From Vitrella brassicaformis CCMP3155 (lineage: Eukaryota > Protista > Chromerida): DNA of 64,000 nt. The stretch spans positions 62,001-126,000 of the forward strand of contig CDMY01000677.1 in the NCBI GenBank assembly GCA_001179505.1, read 5' to 3'. The translations under genes and the position numbers were made by a program. Below, piece by piece: positions 25,818-37,658 of the stretch. Positions within the stretch are counted from its first letter, which is position 1, and each line of letters starts with the position of its first letter. The notes under the pieces were generated by a model. That model ran no database searches, was not told the origin of the DNA, and saw only the letters and a list, made by a program, of their open reading frames with translations.

Positions 25818-26298
25818 AGCAGCAGAAACAGGCCGAGCTCCAAGCCCTCAAGCAGCAGATGGAGCAGGAGCGCCAGCAGCTGATGAGGGAGGACATGGAG
25901 CGCCAGCAGAAGGCCATCGAGGAGGCGCGCGAGGCGGCAGAGCAGCAGAAACAGGCCGAGCTCCAAGCCCTCAAGCAGCAGATGGAGCAGGAGCGCCAGC
26001 AGCTGATGAGGGATGACATGGAGCGCCAGAAGAAGCCCATCGAGGAGGCGCGCGAGGCGGCAGAGCAGCAGAAACAGGCCGAGCTCCAAGCCCTCAAGCA
26101 GCAGATGGAGCAGGAGCGCCAGCAGCTGATGAGGGAGGACATGGAGCGCCAGCAGAAGGCCATCGAGGAGGCGCGCGAGGCGGCAGAGCAGCAGAAACAG
26201 GCCGAGCTCCAAGCCCTCAAGCAGCAGATGGAGCAGGAGCGCCAGCAGCTGATGAGGGAGGACATGGAGCGCCAGAAGAAGGCCATCGAGGAGGCCCG
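25818..26298 (+). repeat. Coding tandem repeat, 123 bp x about 4 (QQKQAELQALKQQMEQERQQLMREDMERQQKAIEEAREAAE)
   Basis: Near-identical units with period 123 (starts about 25821, 25944, 26067, 26190); only a few substitutions between copies. Confidence 0.95.
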
Positions 26299-29139
26299 CG
26301 ACCAAGAGAGGCGTGCCGCAGAGGAGGCACGCGAACAAGAGCGGCGCGAGAGCGAGGAAGCCCGCGAGCAGGAGAGGCGTGCGGTCTTGGTGGAGCGGCA
26401 GCAGGAGAAGGAGGGCCTGATCGCTAAGCTGGAGTCTCAGAAGAGGATGGCATTGGCTGACTTGGCTGAGCGAGAGAAGGAGCAGCAGATGTTCCAACAG
26501 GAGGAACAACGCCTGCAACACGCCAACGAAGGACTCAGCTGTGAGCTCACGCGGCAGATAGACGACCTCAAGGCCCGGCTGGCACTGCACGAGGACTGGG
26601 AGAGAGCGCGGAAAGACCGCATGCGTGACAAGGAGATACAGACCGCCGCCGAAGAGCAACAGCAGCCCCAGGAGCAGCCGCCAAGCACCAGCCCGTGGGC
26701 CATCGTGGGAGAGGGAGAGGGAGAGGGAGTGAGGGACAGAGACAGCCGCGATGACGCCACCACGCCCACCATCAAGGCCGCCGAGGACCTCCCCACACAA
26801 CCACATCCACCAACACCAGCAGCAGCAGAGGGCAAGGAGAGGGCCGAGGAGGGCCACTCACAGCAGCAGGAGCAGGACAGCCCGGAGGCTTCGACGGCTA
26901 TGCCGGCGGCAAGTGCGTCGGATGTCAGCCCGTCATCGCCTGTTGCGGCACCCGCCCCCTCCCCCACCGCCCCGCCATCCGTCCCAACCGGCCCCACCAT
27001 CAGCTGCAGCAGCATCCGGCTCGCCGACGTCGGTGGTGTGGCCAGCGGCAGGTGGCCTCACCTGCGCAAGATGTGCGCCATCCCCACGCACACCGACGGC
27101 ACTGACGTGCCCGAGGCCGCCAGCTGCTGCCGCATCCCGGTCATCCGGAAGCAGGTCAAGAGGGACAAGAGGTGGCTGTTCCAGGACCGGTACGGGATGG
27201 TCGTGCACAACATCATGACACACCTGGCCATCTCCCGCCTGGCGCAGCCACCCTCACCGTGTGACCCGCCCACCACCACGGCAGCCGAGCAGCAGCAGCA
27301 CGCCCTCGCCGGCGTCATGGCCGAGCCCACCGCCGACTTCTTCAGGGAGCTGGTGGCGAGACAGGCGACCATTCGTGGTGGTGCCGCCTGGCGGCCACGG
27401 GCAACCCGTTCTTCGCCACGCCATTCCTGGCCTGCGGGAATGGGCACCGGCTTGGCGAGAACGAGACCACCGCGGCCATCGAGGTGTGCGAGGCCGACGA
27501 AGTCCTGCCGCCCGACCACGCCCTCATCCTGACGGTGCCCCTCTTCCCCCCCGGCCCCCCCACCAGCTGCTACTCGGTGCTGCCCCTGCTCGACCAGCGG
27601 AAGCCGCTGCTGATGCAGCAGCACAACCTCCACACCGAGGAGGAGTGGGCGGCGTGGCGGGCCGAGAAGGCCAACAAGTCGGGGCTGGACTTCGGCGAGA
27701 CGGGGGACGTGTGCAGGGCACTGCAGGTAGTGGGGGTTGAGGGAGTGGAGCAGGAGGCGGCGCGAGTGGTGATGATTAAGGACATGTTTGACAAGTTCAT
27801 GATGATGCGTGAGGTGAGTCACACACACACATGAGAGGGGAGATGACAGACTGAGGGAGATGCGCTCATCTGTCCTGTCTGTGCGTCGGTGTGTGTGCAG
27901 ACGGTGGTGCCGGTGGTGGATGACGAGTATCGCAGCGCCCTCTGCAACGCCACAGCGGAGGAGGACATCTTGGCGGCCGGGATGGAGCGGGCCAGGGGCG
28001 ACAGCAGCGGCGCACCATTCGTTTGGGGCGACCTCACTGGACCCTCGGGACCGTCGGCAGATACGAGCTGCAGCTTAATGCCGGGGGCACGGGTCGCTTC
28101 GTGCTGCCGGGTGTGGTCTTCATCGACCCCAGCGGCACCTCTCGCGGCACGATCTCGGCCCTCCCCGGCAAGACCAGCTACGAGACCCTCGAGAACAAGC
28201 TGCTGGCCGAGCTGCCGAAGAAGCTGCCTGAGGGCGTCGACTGGGGGGACGTGGCGGGCTCGCTGCTCGAGTACGGCTGGGCTGACGAAGAGGAGGGCGT
28301 CGATAGCGGGGAGGACTTCTGGTCGGCCACCAAGTCGGCCATGGAGGCCCTCCACCCGCCCGGCGTGTACGTCTCGAAGAGCCTGCCCCCTCTCCCAGAA
28401 ATCGACGTCGACAAGACGGCCTACCTCTACGCCAGGTCCTGGGAGCCCAAGAACCGGCCCCAGCAGCAGAAGAAGGACCTGCAGCGCATGAAGAAGCTGG
28501 GCAAGGCGGCGGAGTACGAGCGCATCTACAAGGAGGAGCTCAGCAAGGCCAAGTGGCCCGACACGCTCCTCCTGTGCGCCAAGGGGATCGACAGCCAGGC
28601 TGCCTGCCATGCCAAGGCTGACGAGATCCTCCAGTCGCTGCGCGACCGCCACGTGCAGTCATCCTTGGTCGACCTGGTGGAGGGGTGGCGGAAGGAGGGA
28701 GCCGCGGAGGTGGAGACATGGGTGGGGATGGTGAATGAGAAGCTCATAAGCCTGCTGCAGGCCGCCAGAGCCATCATCTACTGCCACACCAGTGCGAGGG
28801 CCGATGAGAGGGGCGAGGAGGTGCGGGCACAGAGGGTCAGCCACCAGCTGGGAGAGCTGCTGCCGGGGTGCGAGGCCGTGCCCTTTATCCTGCACCCCTG
28901 ACCAACTCCCCCCCATCCCCCTCCCCCGCACTCTAGGAGCGCCGCACGCCCGTGCGATGCGGAGGAACACAGCCGTCCTCACGCAACAGGAGGTATGGGT
29001 AGACCTAAGGATGCACACGATGTATGCAAATTCAGCCAGACACGTACAGATTCGCATGTCTCTGTCATTCCATGTGTGTGTCAGATTGCTGCCTACATTT
29101 TATATTCCGAGAGTCTTATATGCCCATTTCAACGTGCAA

Positions 29140-29343
29140 GTGGAGGGCGTGCAGGTGGAGACAGTGGTGAAGATGGTGAACGAGAGGATGATCAGCCTGC
29201 TCGAGGCCGCCACAGCCACCATCTTCGTGCAAACCAGCGTCAGGCCAAAAGAGAGGGGTGAGGGAGGGCGGATGCCCTTGATCAGCGACCAGAGCCAGCT
29301 GCTGATCGAGTGCGATGCCGTGCCCTTTATCCTGCCCCACTGA
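29140..29343 (+). pseudogene. Diverged duplicate of the C-terminus of the 22136-28901 locus
   Basis: VETVVKMVNERMISLLEAATATIFVQTSVR...CDAVPFILPH* versus VETWVGMVNEKLISLLQAARAIIYCHTSAR...CEAVPFILHP* at about 28700-28901. Confidence 0.8.
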
Positions 29344-30119
29344 CCAGCCCCTTCCCCCTCCCCCGCACCCTAAAGAGCACCAAACCGCACGGGAGGCCAC
29401 ACCACATACCAGGGAGGCCAATCATGCCTCAGGCGGGGAGGGCCCGGATGCGACTGCTGAGTGTGTATGTATGTCTGAGTGCGTGTCTCTCTGTGTGCGT
29501 GTGTCAGATGGCTGCCTACATTTTATATTCGGAAGCCTCTTCTGTTTGTCGCAACCATGCCCGCTCGTCTACTGCTGCCTGCATTTCATATCATCGTCTG
29601 CCTGCTTGAGTGTGGTGGCGAGACGGACCATTGTATCGACAGACTGAGTCGTGACTGAATGTCGTTGCTCCACCGACACGGTCATCAATTCTTCGCGAGG
29701 ACTAGGGTAGTAGCGTAGGACCATTCCGCAAAAAGCACACGTTGGACAAAACCACGCACGGATCACGTGTCGCAACCAACCAACGAAAGAGAGAGAGGAA
29801 GGCAGACAAAGGGGAACAATATATCGATCAGTAAATCCACGGTGGGACAGAACACCTCTAGTGCAGTGACGGATGAATGAGTGATTGCAAATCCACAATA
29901 TCCACACACAACACATGCAGACACATACATACATACAGACAGACATACATACACATATATGTACTACATTGCCTTTCCTCTACCAAACAAACGCATGCAC
30001 GCTGATCTACCTATCTACAGCCAGGGCGCCTCCTGCACGCACACACACACGCAGACATACACTCATTCGCACTGCTCTCTGCGTCTCGCCAAAGTGACTG
30101 CCGAATGACTGACCATGTT

Positions 30120-32703
30120 TCAGGGGTCGTCGTCGTCCTCCGCCTCCATGCCCTGCTCTTCCTCTTCCATGGCCTCCATGCCCTCATCCGCATCGGCCTG
30201 CCCGGCCTCTTGGTGTGGGAGGAGAAGGCTGAAGGACATATCGCCACCACCATGCAGGCCTGTAATAGAATGGAATGAATGGAGCATAACAAATAATCAG
30301 TATACCGTCTCCGTCATGAGCAGACCTTTTCCGCCTGAGCCCCAGTGACCTTCCGGCCCTTTCTCCCCAGTCTTGGCCGTGGCCTTGCTGCCATCATGTC
30401 TGCGAACGGTGCGACGACGCTGCGCACGCTGTGTGTCGTCTGTGTGCGGCAGGGGGGAGCTGTGCTGGGTGGAGAGAAGACAGATGCGGTGCGCCAAAGC
30501 TGACGGCCGACCGCTGAGCTGCCTGAAATGACTTGGCTGTCACGTATCTCCCCAGTGGCCCTTTGGCTCTTCAGGGAGTGGTCGTCGGCGCGCCCACTGC
30601 ATATCTGGCGCATCGTCTCATCGCTCGCAGCGCCTACACGCAAACAGTAAGCAGCAAGCAGGACATGTGTGGAGAGAAAGGCTTGCCAGCAATGCGTCCA
30701 CCCATTCGCTTCTTACGTCGGCGGGCAGCATCCTTGTGTGTGGATGGGAGGGGGGCGCGCCTGTCTGTGTCGGGCAGGCTGCTGGGTGACGGCTCGCCCT
30801 GCGTGTCAACAATATAAAGCATGCAGCCAAAACACGTCCACGAATGTATTGACACGTGTGAATGCGTTCTGTACTGTGCATACCTCATTCGACAGCGGCC
30901 TAGCCAGGACGTCGGCCCAGTGCGTCGCCGACAGGAACGCCATCTCCAGAAACGGTTTGGTAGGAGAGGTCACCTGGCACCACACACCGCAAAGCGTTGC
31001 ATAGCCGTTGGTTGTGTGCCGAGCTCATTCGCTCACCTCCACGATGCCGGTGTCCCGCCCCGCTATTCTCATGACGAACATGCGACGGTTGCCCTCCTCA
31101 CGCCACTCGACAGTCGCACAAGACGACTGCACCCACACATACGCACACACAGTGTGTTTTGTTGTGCTGTGGGCGATTGCTGGGTGTTGGGCTACCCTCC
31201 CTTTCTCCCCACCTACCGTGGGTCTGCAGCTCTCGATCATCTGCTGAGCCATGAACCTCATCAGCCCATCGGTCAGCGGCGTCGCGAGGACCAGCTGAGC
31301 AGCGTCCATGCATTCATGTGAGCTGCCGCGGTCGATCGCCAGCCCACTCCGATCCGTCGGCTCTCGCCCCTGTTTGCCGCAGTGTGTTGGCGTAAGGATG
31401 TCGGAGGAGAAGGTGTCGATGCCACAGAGTGTGTCGAGCAGCGGGTCGTAGCAGAGGTATCGAGAAGACCCTGACGGCAACGCCCCACTCGACCTCCTGC
31501 CCCCACCTGTGTCGGCTCCCTCTGCAGGGATTGGCATGGCCGGCTGCTGTGGGTGTCGGGACTGGTCGCTCATGTGCAGAGTCGCCATGTTCTCGTGAAT
31601 GTGTGGTCGCAGCACGTGATATATCTTTTGCTGTGTGTTCGCCAAGTGTTGCGGTCCACACACGCAAAAGACATATCAGAGGCACATATGTGTCGTCGGG
31701 GCTGCGCTGTAGGTATTTACCTTGTTCGCGCTAGATCCGTCTTCGTCGCACTCAGCCGACCGTTTCTTCTTGCGATTGGTGCTGGCACGCTGACCACACA
31801 CACACGCAGAGTCGCACACACACGTGCCTGCGTATCAATGAGTACGTGTGTCATGTCGTGTGGTGTTGGTGTGGTGTGGTGTGGTGTGTACGGGAGCATA
31901 AAGGCGCAGAGGCGCCCCTGACGACGCCAAATCGGACATGTCAAACCCCTGTACGTACACAGACACACACGTGTGTGTATGTATGCATTGGTGCATTGCA
32001 ATGCATCTTCTTCTGTGCAGTGTGTTGTGTTGTGTTGTGTTGTTCTTGATGTGTGTACCCGTTGCTCATACAGGCTGACAGTGGGATTGATTTGGTTAAC
32101 CCACCTGTCACGACACTGCTTGGCGACGCGACCTGCACACACACAAAGAGGCGAAGCACATCCACCCAGGCACAACCACACGCTCACAGAGAGCCTTGTC
32201 TGTCTGTCTGTCTTCTCTGTACCTGGCATGTGCTTGGCGATCTCTACCCACTTGCATCGCTCCGTGTGGGTCTGCATCAGCGACGCCAGCATCGCGTCCT
32301 CCTCGGGCGTCAGATGCTCTGAGAGCGGCGCACAGCCTTGGTCTTGTGCGGCTGCGCCAGGGGAGGGGTCGCGACTCGAAGATAGCGACTGCGCCAGAGG
32401 GCCCGCGTGTGTCTGCTGCGACAGGTGGCCCGTTGGACCACCATGCCGGTGAACAAGCGTCCTCTCAGGCGTGCAGTCGGCTGTCGAGAGATCACGGGAT
32501 CCCGACATTTTGTCCACATCAATCTGCCCTCCTGACGCTTTCTGCTGGCTCAGGAGCTGCCGATAATGACGTGTGCCGTCGCTGGTGGCATCGTTGACGC
32601 CCCGGCGGCTGTCGGCTGTCGGCAGAAAGGATGAGAGTGGAAGACGCGAACAAGGTGAGAGTCCCCGAAGCAAGATCGGAAGGTTGGCGAAGCGCAGAAC
32701 CAC
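30120..32703 (-). CDS. Myb/SANT DNA-binding-domain protein with acidic C-terminus
   Basis: LTPEEDAMLASLMQTHTERCKWVEIAKHMPG joined to RVAKQCRDRWVNQINP forms a Myb repeat. Basic NLS-like RKKKR. Last exon ends EAMEEEEQGMEAEDDDDP* (TGA 30120-30122). Start codon uncertain. Confidence 0.75.
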
Positions 32704-32815
32704 AGGGATCTCCCGTAGACCCTTTTTGTTTTGGGAATTGAGAGCGAGGCCAGCAGTTTCACGGAATGTCCTGCTCTAGCCGGCGTAAATTTCGAGCTTC
32801 CCGAACTATAGCCAC

Positions 32816-35108
32816 ATGCGCCTGCTGTTTCTTGCCTTCATCCTGTCATGCACACGGACAATAGCATCAGGTGAGCCTTATACGGCAACAGAGCCGACGC
32901 AGCACCATCAGATCTTTCGTCTTTTGCTCATGTGCAGGACTGATCAGCACCGCTCCGTCCATCCCTCAGGTGACCGCCACGTGCGCCCAGGTGGAGTTCC
33001 AGTACCGCGGTGACCGGGATAGCCTCACCAACACGTACCTCCCGCCATCCAGGCTGCACATCTATGCCAGAGCCATCGGCAAGGGCATCCCCCCGGACGC
33101 ATGGGTGCAGTGGGGCGCCGCGGGAGCCATCACACCCGTGCCAAACAAAAAGTACGCACAAGGAAAGAATGGGCGGGCTTTGATTTGTTGATGGTCATTG
33201 CTGCGGTTGTGTATGGTGTGTGCAGTGGATTCTTCCGGACGTTGCTGCGCGGTCTTCCTCCAGGGACTGAGTTTGCGGTCAAGCTGACTGCAGACGATGA
33301 TCCGGTGACGCAGCGATTCAGCCCGCCCAGCAAAGCCGTCAAAACACTGGAGGAGGCGCTGAGTACGAACGAAGATGGAATGGATGTCAGGTATCCATCC
33401 ATGGGCGGATGGCTTCTGCGCTGTGTGTATGCCTGTCAGACCCGCCTCCTTCACATACAGTGAAGGTCCATCGCACCGACCCCAGGCTGAACAAACAGAG
33501 AGTGGTGGGCAAATGCGTGTATCGTATCGCGGCGCCCTTCCCATCAGCTTCTGTGCTTTGGTTGGTCAGCATCCGACTGGGGCTCAGTCTGTCTGTGTGG
33601 ATGTGCACTGGCACCATCCCCACCTCCCCAGTGACTTCTCCAACAGCCCCTTTGATACGTTCTTCACTGGTGGGTAAGCCACCAGCTGCTGAGGCAGGAG
33701 AGCGGGATTCCGCCTCTGCTTTTGTGTGTGTCCCTCTATCTGTCCAGTGTCTGCCAAGTACCGTGACGAGCCTCCATGGGCTATCTGCGAAGACTATCGT
33801 GCTGAAGACTACACAATCAAGGTGACGCCTGCATCCATCATACATGGACGTCAGTGCCGTTGGCATCTTCGTTATGGTACCTCTTTACCACTCAGCGTAA
33901 TTGCGGGCATCCCGTGTACTCGTCCCTCCAGTACTATCACCCGTGGAGGTCAGGGAGACCCACACAGACCACCCATGCCATCTCGGCTGAGGTTCTTGAC
34001 GCATGCTCTTGCCAGGCCAGCATCGGCGTATCATACGGTGTGCGGTCTTCGAGATGGCCACAACATCACATTCGAAGTGGCGACATACAAGTAAGACGCA
34101 GAGACGGATGGATGGATGGAGATAGTGAGGGAGATAGTGAGGGAGATAGGGGGGGAGATAGGGGGGAGGGCGGGAAAGACATTCCAAAAGCCAGAGGGAG
34201 AAGGTGTCTCTTCCCTGCTATGTGTGTCAGTTGCGACGGTCCCGGCCCGTTGACAGAGATGACGGCCCCTCTGCCGCCAAAAGGTGCGCACCAGCCTTCA
34301 ATACACAGGCCGGCGTGTGTGTCGATATATGTATGCTGATCTTTTCTCAGCCCCTGACGTAGTGCGCCGCATTCATGTCCGCGATCGCACCATCTACCTC
34401 GACTGGGTGCCGCAGCATAGCCCATGGATCAGCGGCTACGCCATCTACCTGGTGGGTGGGCAAGGAGAGGGGACACAAGGGGTACCCACACACACACACA
34501 CACGGAGATGACATGTGTGGGGGTATGGTGTTGTGCAGGGTTTATCGGGCATGGATGCGATGAAGCTGCTGTGTTATGTGCCGCTGCACGAGGGCGGGTC
34601 TGTGGACCTGCCTTTGATACCCCTCGACATGAAGAAGACACTCGTCATACAGGACAGACTGCCGGTAAGCGACAAATGCAATGCATGACCATCATGGATG
34701 GCCATTCTTTGTCCGTGTGTCTGTTTGTCTGTCAGCTGGGATGGGACGCCTGCAATGACACGCGCACCATCAAGCAGCAGCAGGAGATCGGCGTGTCCGC
34801 CAGACTCATCTATGGAAGTAACCCACTGGGACGACACGAGGATGTCTGTGCCTTTCTGTGCCGCCGTGCAGGCGAGTCCCCCCTGTCTCGCGCGCCGCTG
34901 AATGGCTGGATCGTCGATGAGGACAAACTGAGAATGAAACAGAGGAAAAGTACGGACTCACGTGTGTGGATGTGTGTGTGTGTGTGTGTGTGGATGTGTG
35001 TGGATGTGTGTGTGTGGGTCTGTCGGTGATTTCTCTGTGCTGTGTTCAGATCGAGGCGAGTGGAGGTGTTGGCGGCACATTCCGCCTCCAACACCCCTCA
35101 ATTCATGA
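32816..35108 (+). CDS. Secreted protein with fibronectin type-III-like repeats
   Basis: Signal peptide MRLLFLAFILSCTRTIASG. FN3-like strands LRGLPPGTEFAVKLTA, TVCGLRDGHNITFEVATY and IYLDWVPQHSPWISGYAIYL. Phase-compatible exons reach TGA at 35106-35108; no TM segment seen. Confidence 0.65.
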
Positions 35109-35325
35109 CTCGATGCGGCCATGCAGATGTGTGTGTCCGTGTCAGTGAGTGTGCCTGAAGACTATTCATTTTTCATTGAACGAAAAGGTGGGGACAGATT
35201 TGCAACATGCTGCCGTAGGCTGACAAGCACCAGCTTGAAGGCCACTCACACACGGACAGGAAATCGGCCAGCAACGATCCGGCCACTGCGAGCTTGGATT
35301 CTCCACTTCTCCTCCCTTCTTCCCC

Positions 35326-35625
35326 NNNNNNNNNNNNNNNNNNNNNNNNNNNNNNNNNNNNNNNNNNNNNNNNNNNNNNNNNNNNNNNNNNNNNNNNNNN
35401 NNNNNNNNNNNNNNNNNNNNNNNNNNNNNNNNNNNNNNNNNNNNNNNNNNNNNNNNNNNNNNNNNNNNNNNNNNNNNNNNNNNNNNNNNNNNNNNNNNNN
35501 NNNNNNNNNNNNNNNNNNNNNNNNNNNNNNNNNNNNNNNNNNNNNNNNNNNNNNNNNNNNNNNNNNNNNNNNNNNNNNNNNNNNNNNNNNNNNNNNNNNN
35601 NNNNNNNNNNNNNNNNNNNNNNNNN
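35326..35625. other. Assembly gap (300 N)
   Basis: Run of n bases. Confidence 1.
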
Positions 35626-35680
35626 AGCGTCCCCCTCCAAGGCGGAGATCAGAGCTTGGACCTCTAAGCATACATCCGTG

Positions 35681-37003
35681 ATGGCCTCATATGCTTTCCT
35701 CTGTCTGCTCTGCGCTTTCACCTCATTCATCGCATCCGCGAGCGCACAGGGTGAAGTGGCTATGCGTTCTCATCGCTAGATCTGTGCCACCTGTGTGTGG
35801 GCTGCAGTCAGGGTGAACCAGACCGATGGCGTCCTTCGGAGTGCCGACGGCCTCGGCACGCCCATTCATTCAGGCCTCTACTACGCTCACGTAGGTATGT
35901 CCGATCTGTATGCCCTCGACGGGGCAGGCGTCAGCATATACGAGAGCATTCACCTCAAGTTCAACGATTCAAGCGAGGTGCGGCGCACTCACCTCGCCGG
36001 GAGGGCGTTGGTGCTCATGTGCGCTCTGTGCGTGTATGTGTGCGTGTGTGTGTGATACTGTCAGTTTTATGCTCCGATTGAGTCGATGTTTCGGTACCCC
36101 AACGGCACTGTTCGCGTCTATCTGGGCGGCGGATGGGAGATGACGCTCAACAAAGGTAAGTAGGAATCGCCTCCGTCCCTTTCGTTCGTTCCCCTCCACC
36201 CTCCACCTATGTGTGTGTATTTGTGCAGATGGTCTGCAGCTGTACGACTCTAAAGGCGTCTTGGCCAAGGAGATCACTGTCGTGCCAGCGGAGGAGAGGA
36301 GGCTGCAATCGGTACACAGCCAGACACACACACACACACACCAACAGACATACTTCTGCTCTCTCACGCGTGTGTGTATCCCGGGCGATTGGTTGGGTGC
36401 AGACTTCTGGTAGCACAGGCGGCACCAAGGCATTGGGCTGCGCCCTGACGGGATGTGGCAGCGCGCGAGGTCAGCATACACGCGTCAGGATTGCCTTGGT
36501 TGCTCTTGTCGCCATGTGTCTGCGTGTCCATCTGCAGTTGGGTTGAATGCGCGTTACCGCAATTCGCGCCCCTGGCTGCCCGCGGTGCCCGACGACGAGG
36601 CGTACCTGCCCCTCCCTCTTGCGCAGGCTAACGTCCTCGACTCATACTACGCTTTTGGCACAGGTGGGTTGTGCCGTGCATGGCTCCATGACTGAGAGAG
36701 GGTCCCATTGATGTGCCCGGTGTGGTTCGTGGCTCTGCCTTGTCTGCTGCAGGCGGCAGCAACGCCCAAGTGCCATGCGAAAGTAAGATGCTCAGACAAA
36801 GACGCCACTCCACATTTCTTCTATGTGTGGGTGTCTGCCTTTGTCTTGTTTCAGATCTGTACTACTACAACACCCACACAGCGCAGTGCAAGAGGGCGCC
36901 CCGAGGCCGCAGTCGGGTGGACGCGGGCTACACGCTGAGAGACAAGTACAGAAACGACGTGCAGGGCATCGGCGTCATTCCCCTCAGATACGGCTTCTGG
37001 TAG
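35681..37003 (+). CDS. Secreted hypothetical protein, 8 exons, with internal EERRLQ motif
   Basis: Signal peptide MASYAFLCLLCAFTSFIASASAQ. All exons join in phase through ...GIGVIPLRYGFW* (37003). Confidence 0.75.
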
Positions 37004-37658
37004 CGAGTGCCATGTGTGTGTGTGTGTGTGTCGTAGTCCATTAGTGTGCGTGCCTGTGTAAGTATGTGTGGGTGTGGGGTGTATAGAGTCTTTTGCTCTC
37101 TCGCTGCATTCGCTCGTTCATTCGTCAGTTAGTGACGTTTTTCAAGTGCGTCCATGTGCAAGCGGCTGTCGTGTACAGTGAGGCCAGTCAAGTCAGCTGA
37201 CTGTCGCGTGGTGGTCGTCCGTTCGATGAAGCGCTTTCTCCTCTTCTAGGTCTGTGACTACTCTCACCACCCGTAATGCCCTCATTGCAGCCATGAGAAT
37301 GGACTGCACAGTGGAGCATTCCGGACGGTGCGGTGATCCACAGACCGACCGCAGAGAAAGCGAGTGGTAGCTAGTGCTGTCATCTCTGTCAGTCTCTCTT
37401 TATTCGAGCCGTCAGTCGCCATGTCTGTGGGTTTTCGACGGCCATGTTGCTGCCTTTATCGATGTGTGTGGTGCCTGCCATGGTTGTCCCGTACCCGTAG
37501 CCGACAGCATCGACCATCGACAGCTGCCCCTTGCAAGCACAGCCGCTGTGCATGGGGCAGTTGTCTTGGTGTGTGTGCGGCGACGCATACGGTCAGACCA
37601 AAAGGGCCTGTGCAGACAATTCTCGAGTCTTTTTCACCGCTTGAGATGAGCATATCAC

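Larger units (their letters stand above)
22136..28901 (+). pseudogene. Mosaic gene or pseudogene: pseudokinase domain, single WD40 repeat, Pro-rich linker, 41-aa coiled-coil repeats, C-terminal globular region; at least 4 frameshifts and a nonsense codon
   Basis: Kinase-fold motifs REIDMF, YYHG...YLVDKEGTIKLADVG, ATPPE, ASVFCIG, DPSQRPTLDELMVHSW; WD40 GHRKAVTS...LSGSCDGTAK/VWNVDTG. Frame breaks at about 24720, 25720 (plus TAG 25733-25735), 27358 and 28035. Confidence 0.65.

Noticed and set aside
25818-26298. Regular repeats as a CRISPR-like array
   Set aside because: Contiguous in-frame coding repeats with no unique spacers, in a eukaryotic context.
25592-26857. 421-aa Leu-rich ORF on the minus strand
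   Set aside because: Antisense shadow of the plus-strand Q/E-rich 123-bp repeat.
27819-28652. 277-aa minus-strand ORF, and 43472-44356 similarly
   Set aside because: Antisense shadows of GC3-rich plus-strand exons.
29690-29780. Possible Helitron 3' end (CTAG at about 29702) or transposon terminus closing the mosaic locus
   Set aside because: No convincing GC-rich hairpin before CTAG and no matching second terminus found in the window.
37100-37380. Possible structured ncRNA (short hairpins, e.g. CGGTGCGGT...ACCGACCG)
   Set aside because: No recognisable snRNA, snoRNA, SRP or tRNA boxes; compatible with UTR between convergent genes. An Infernal scan would be needed.
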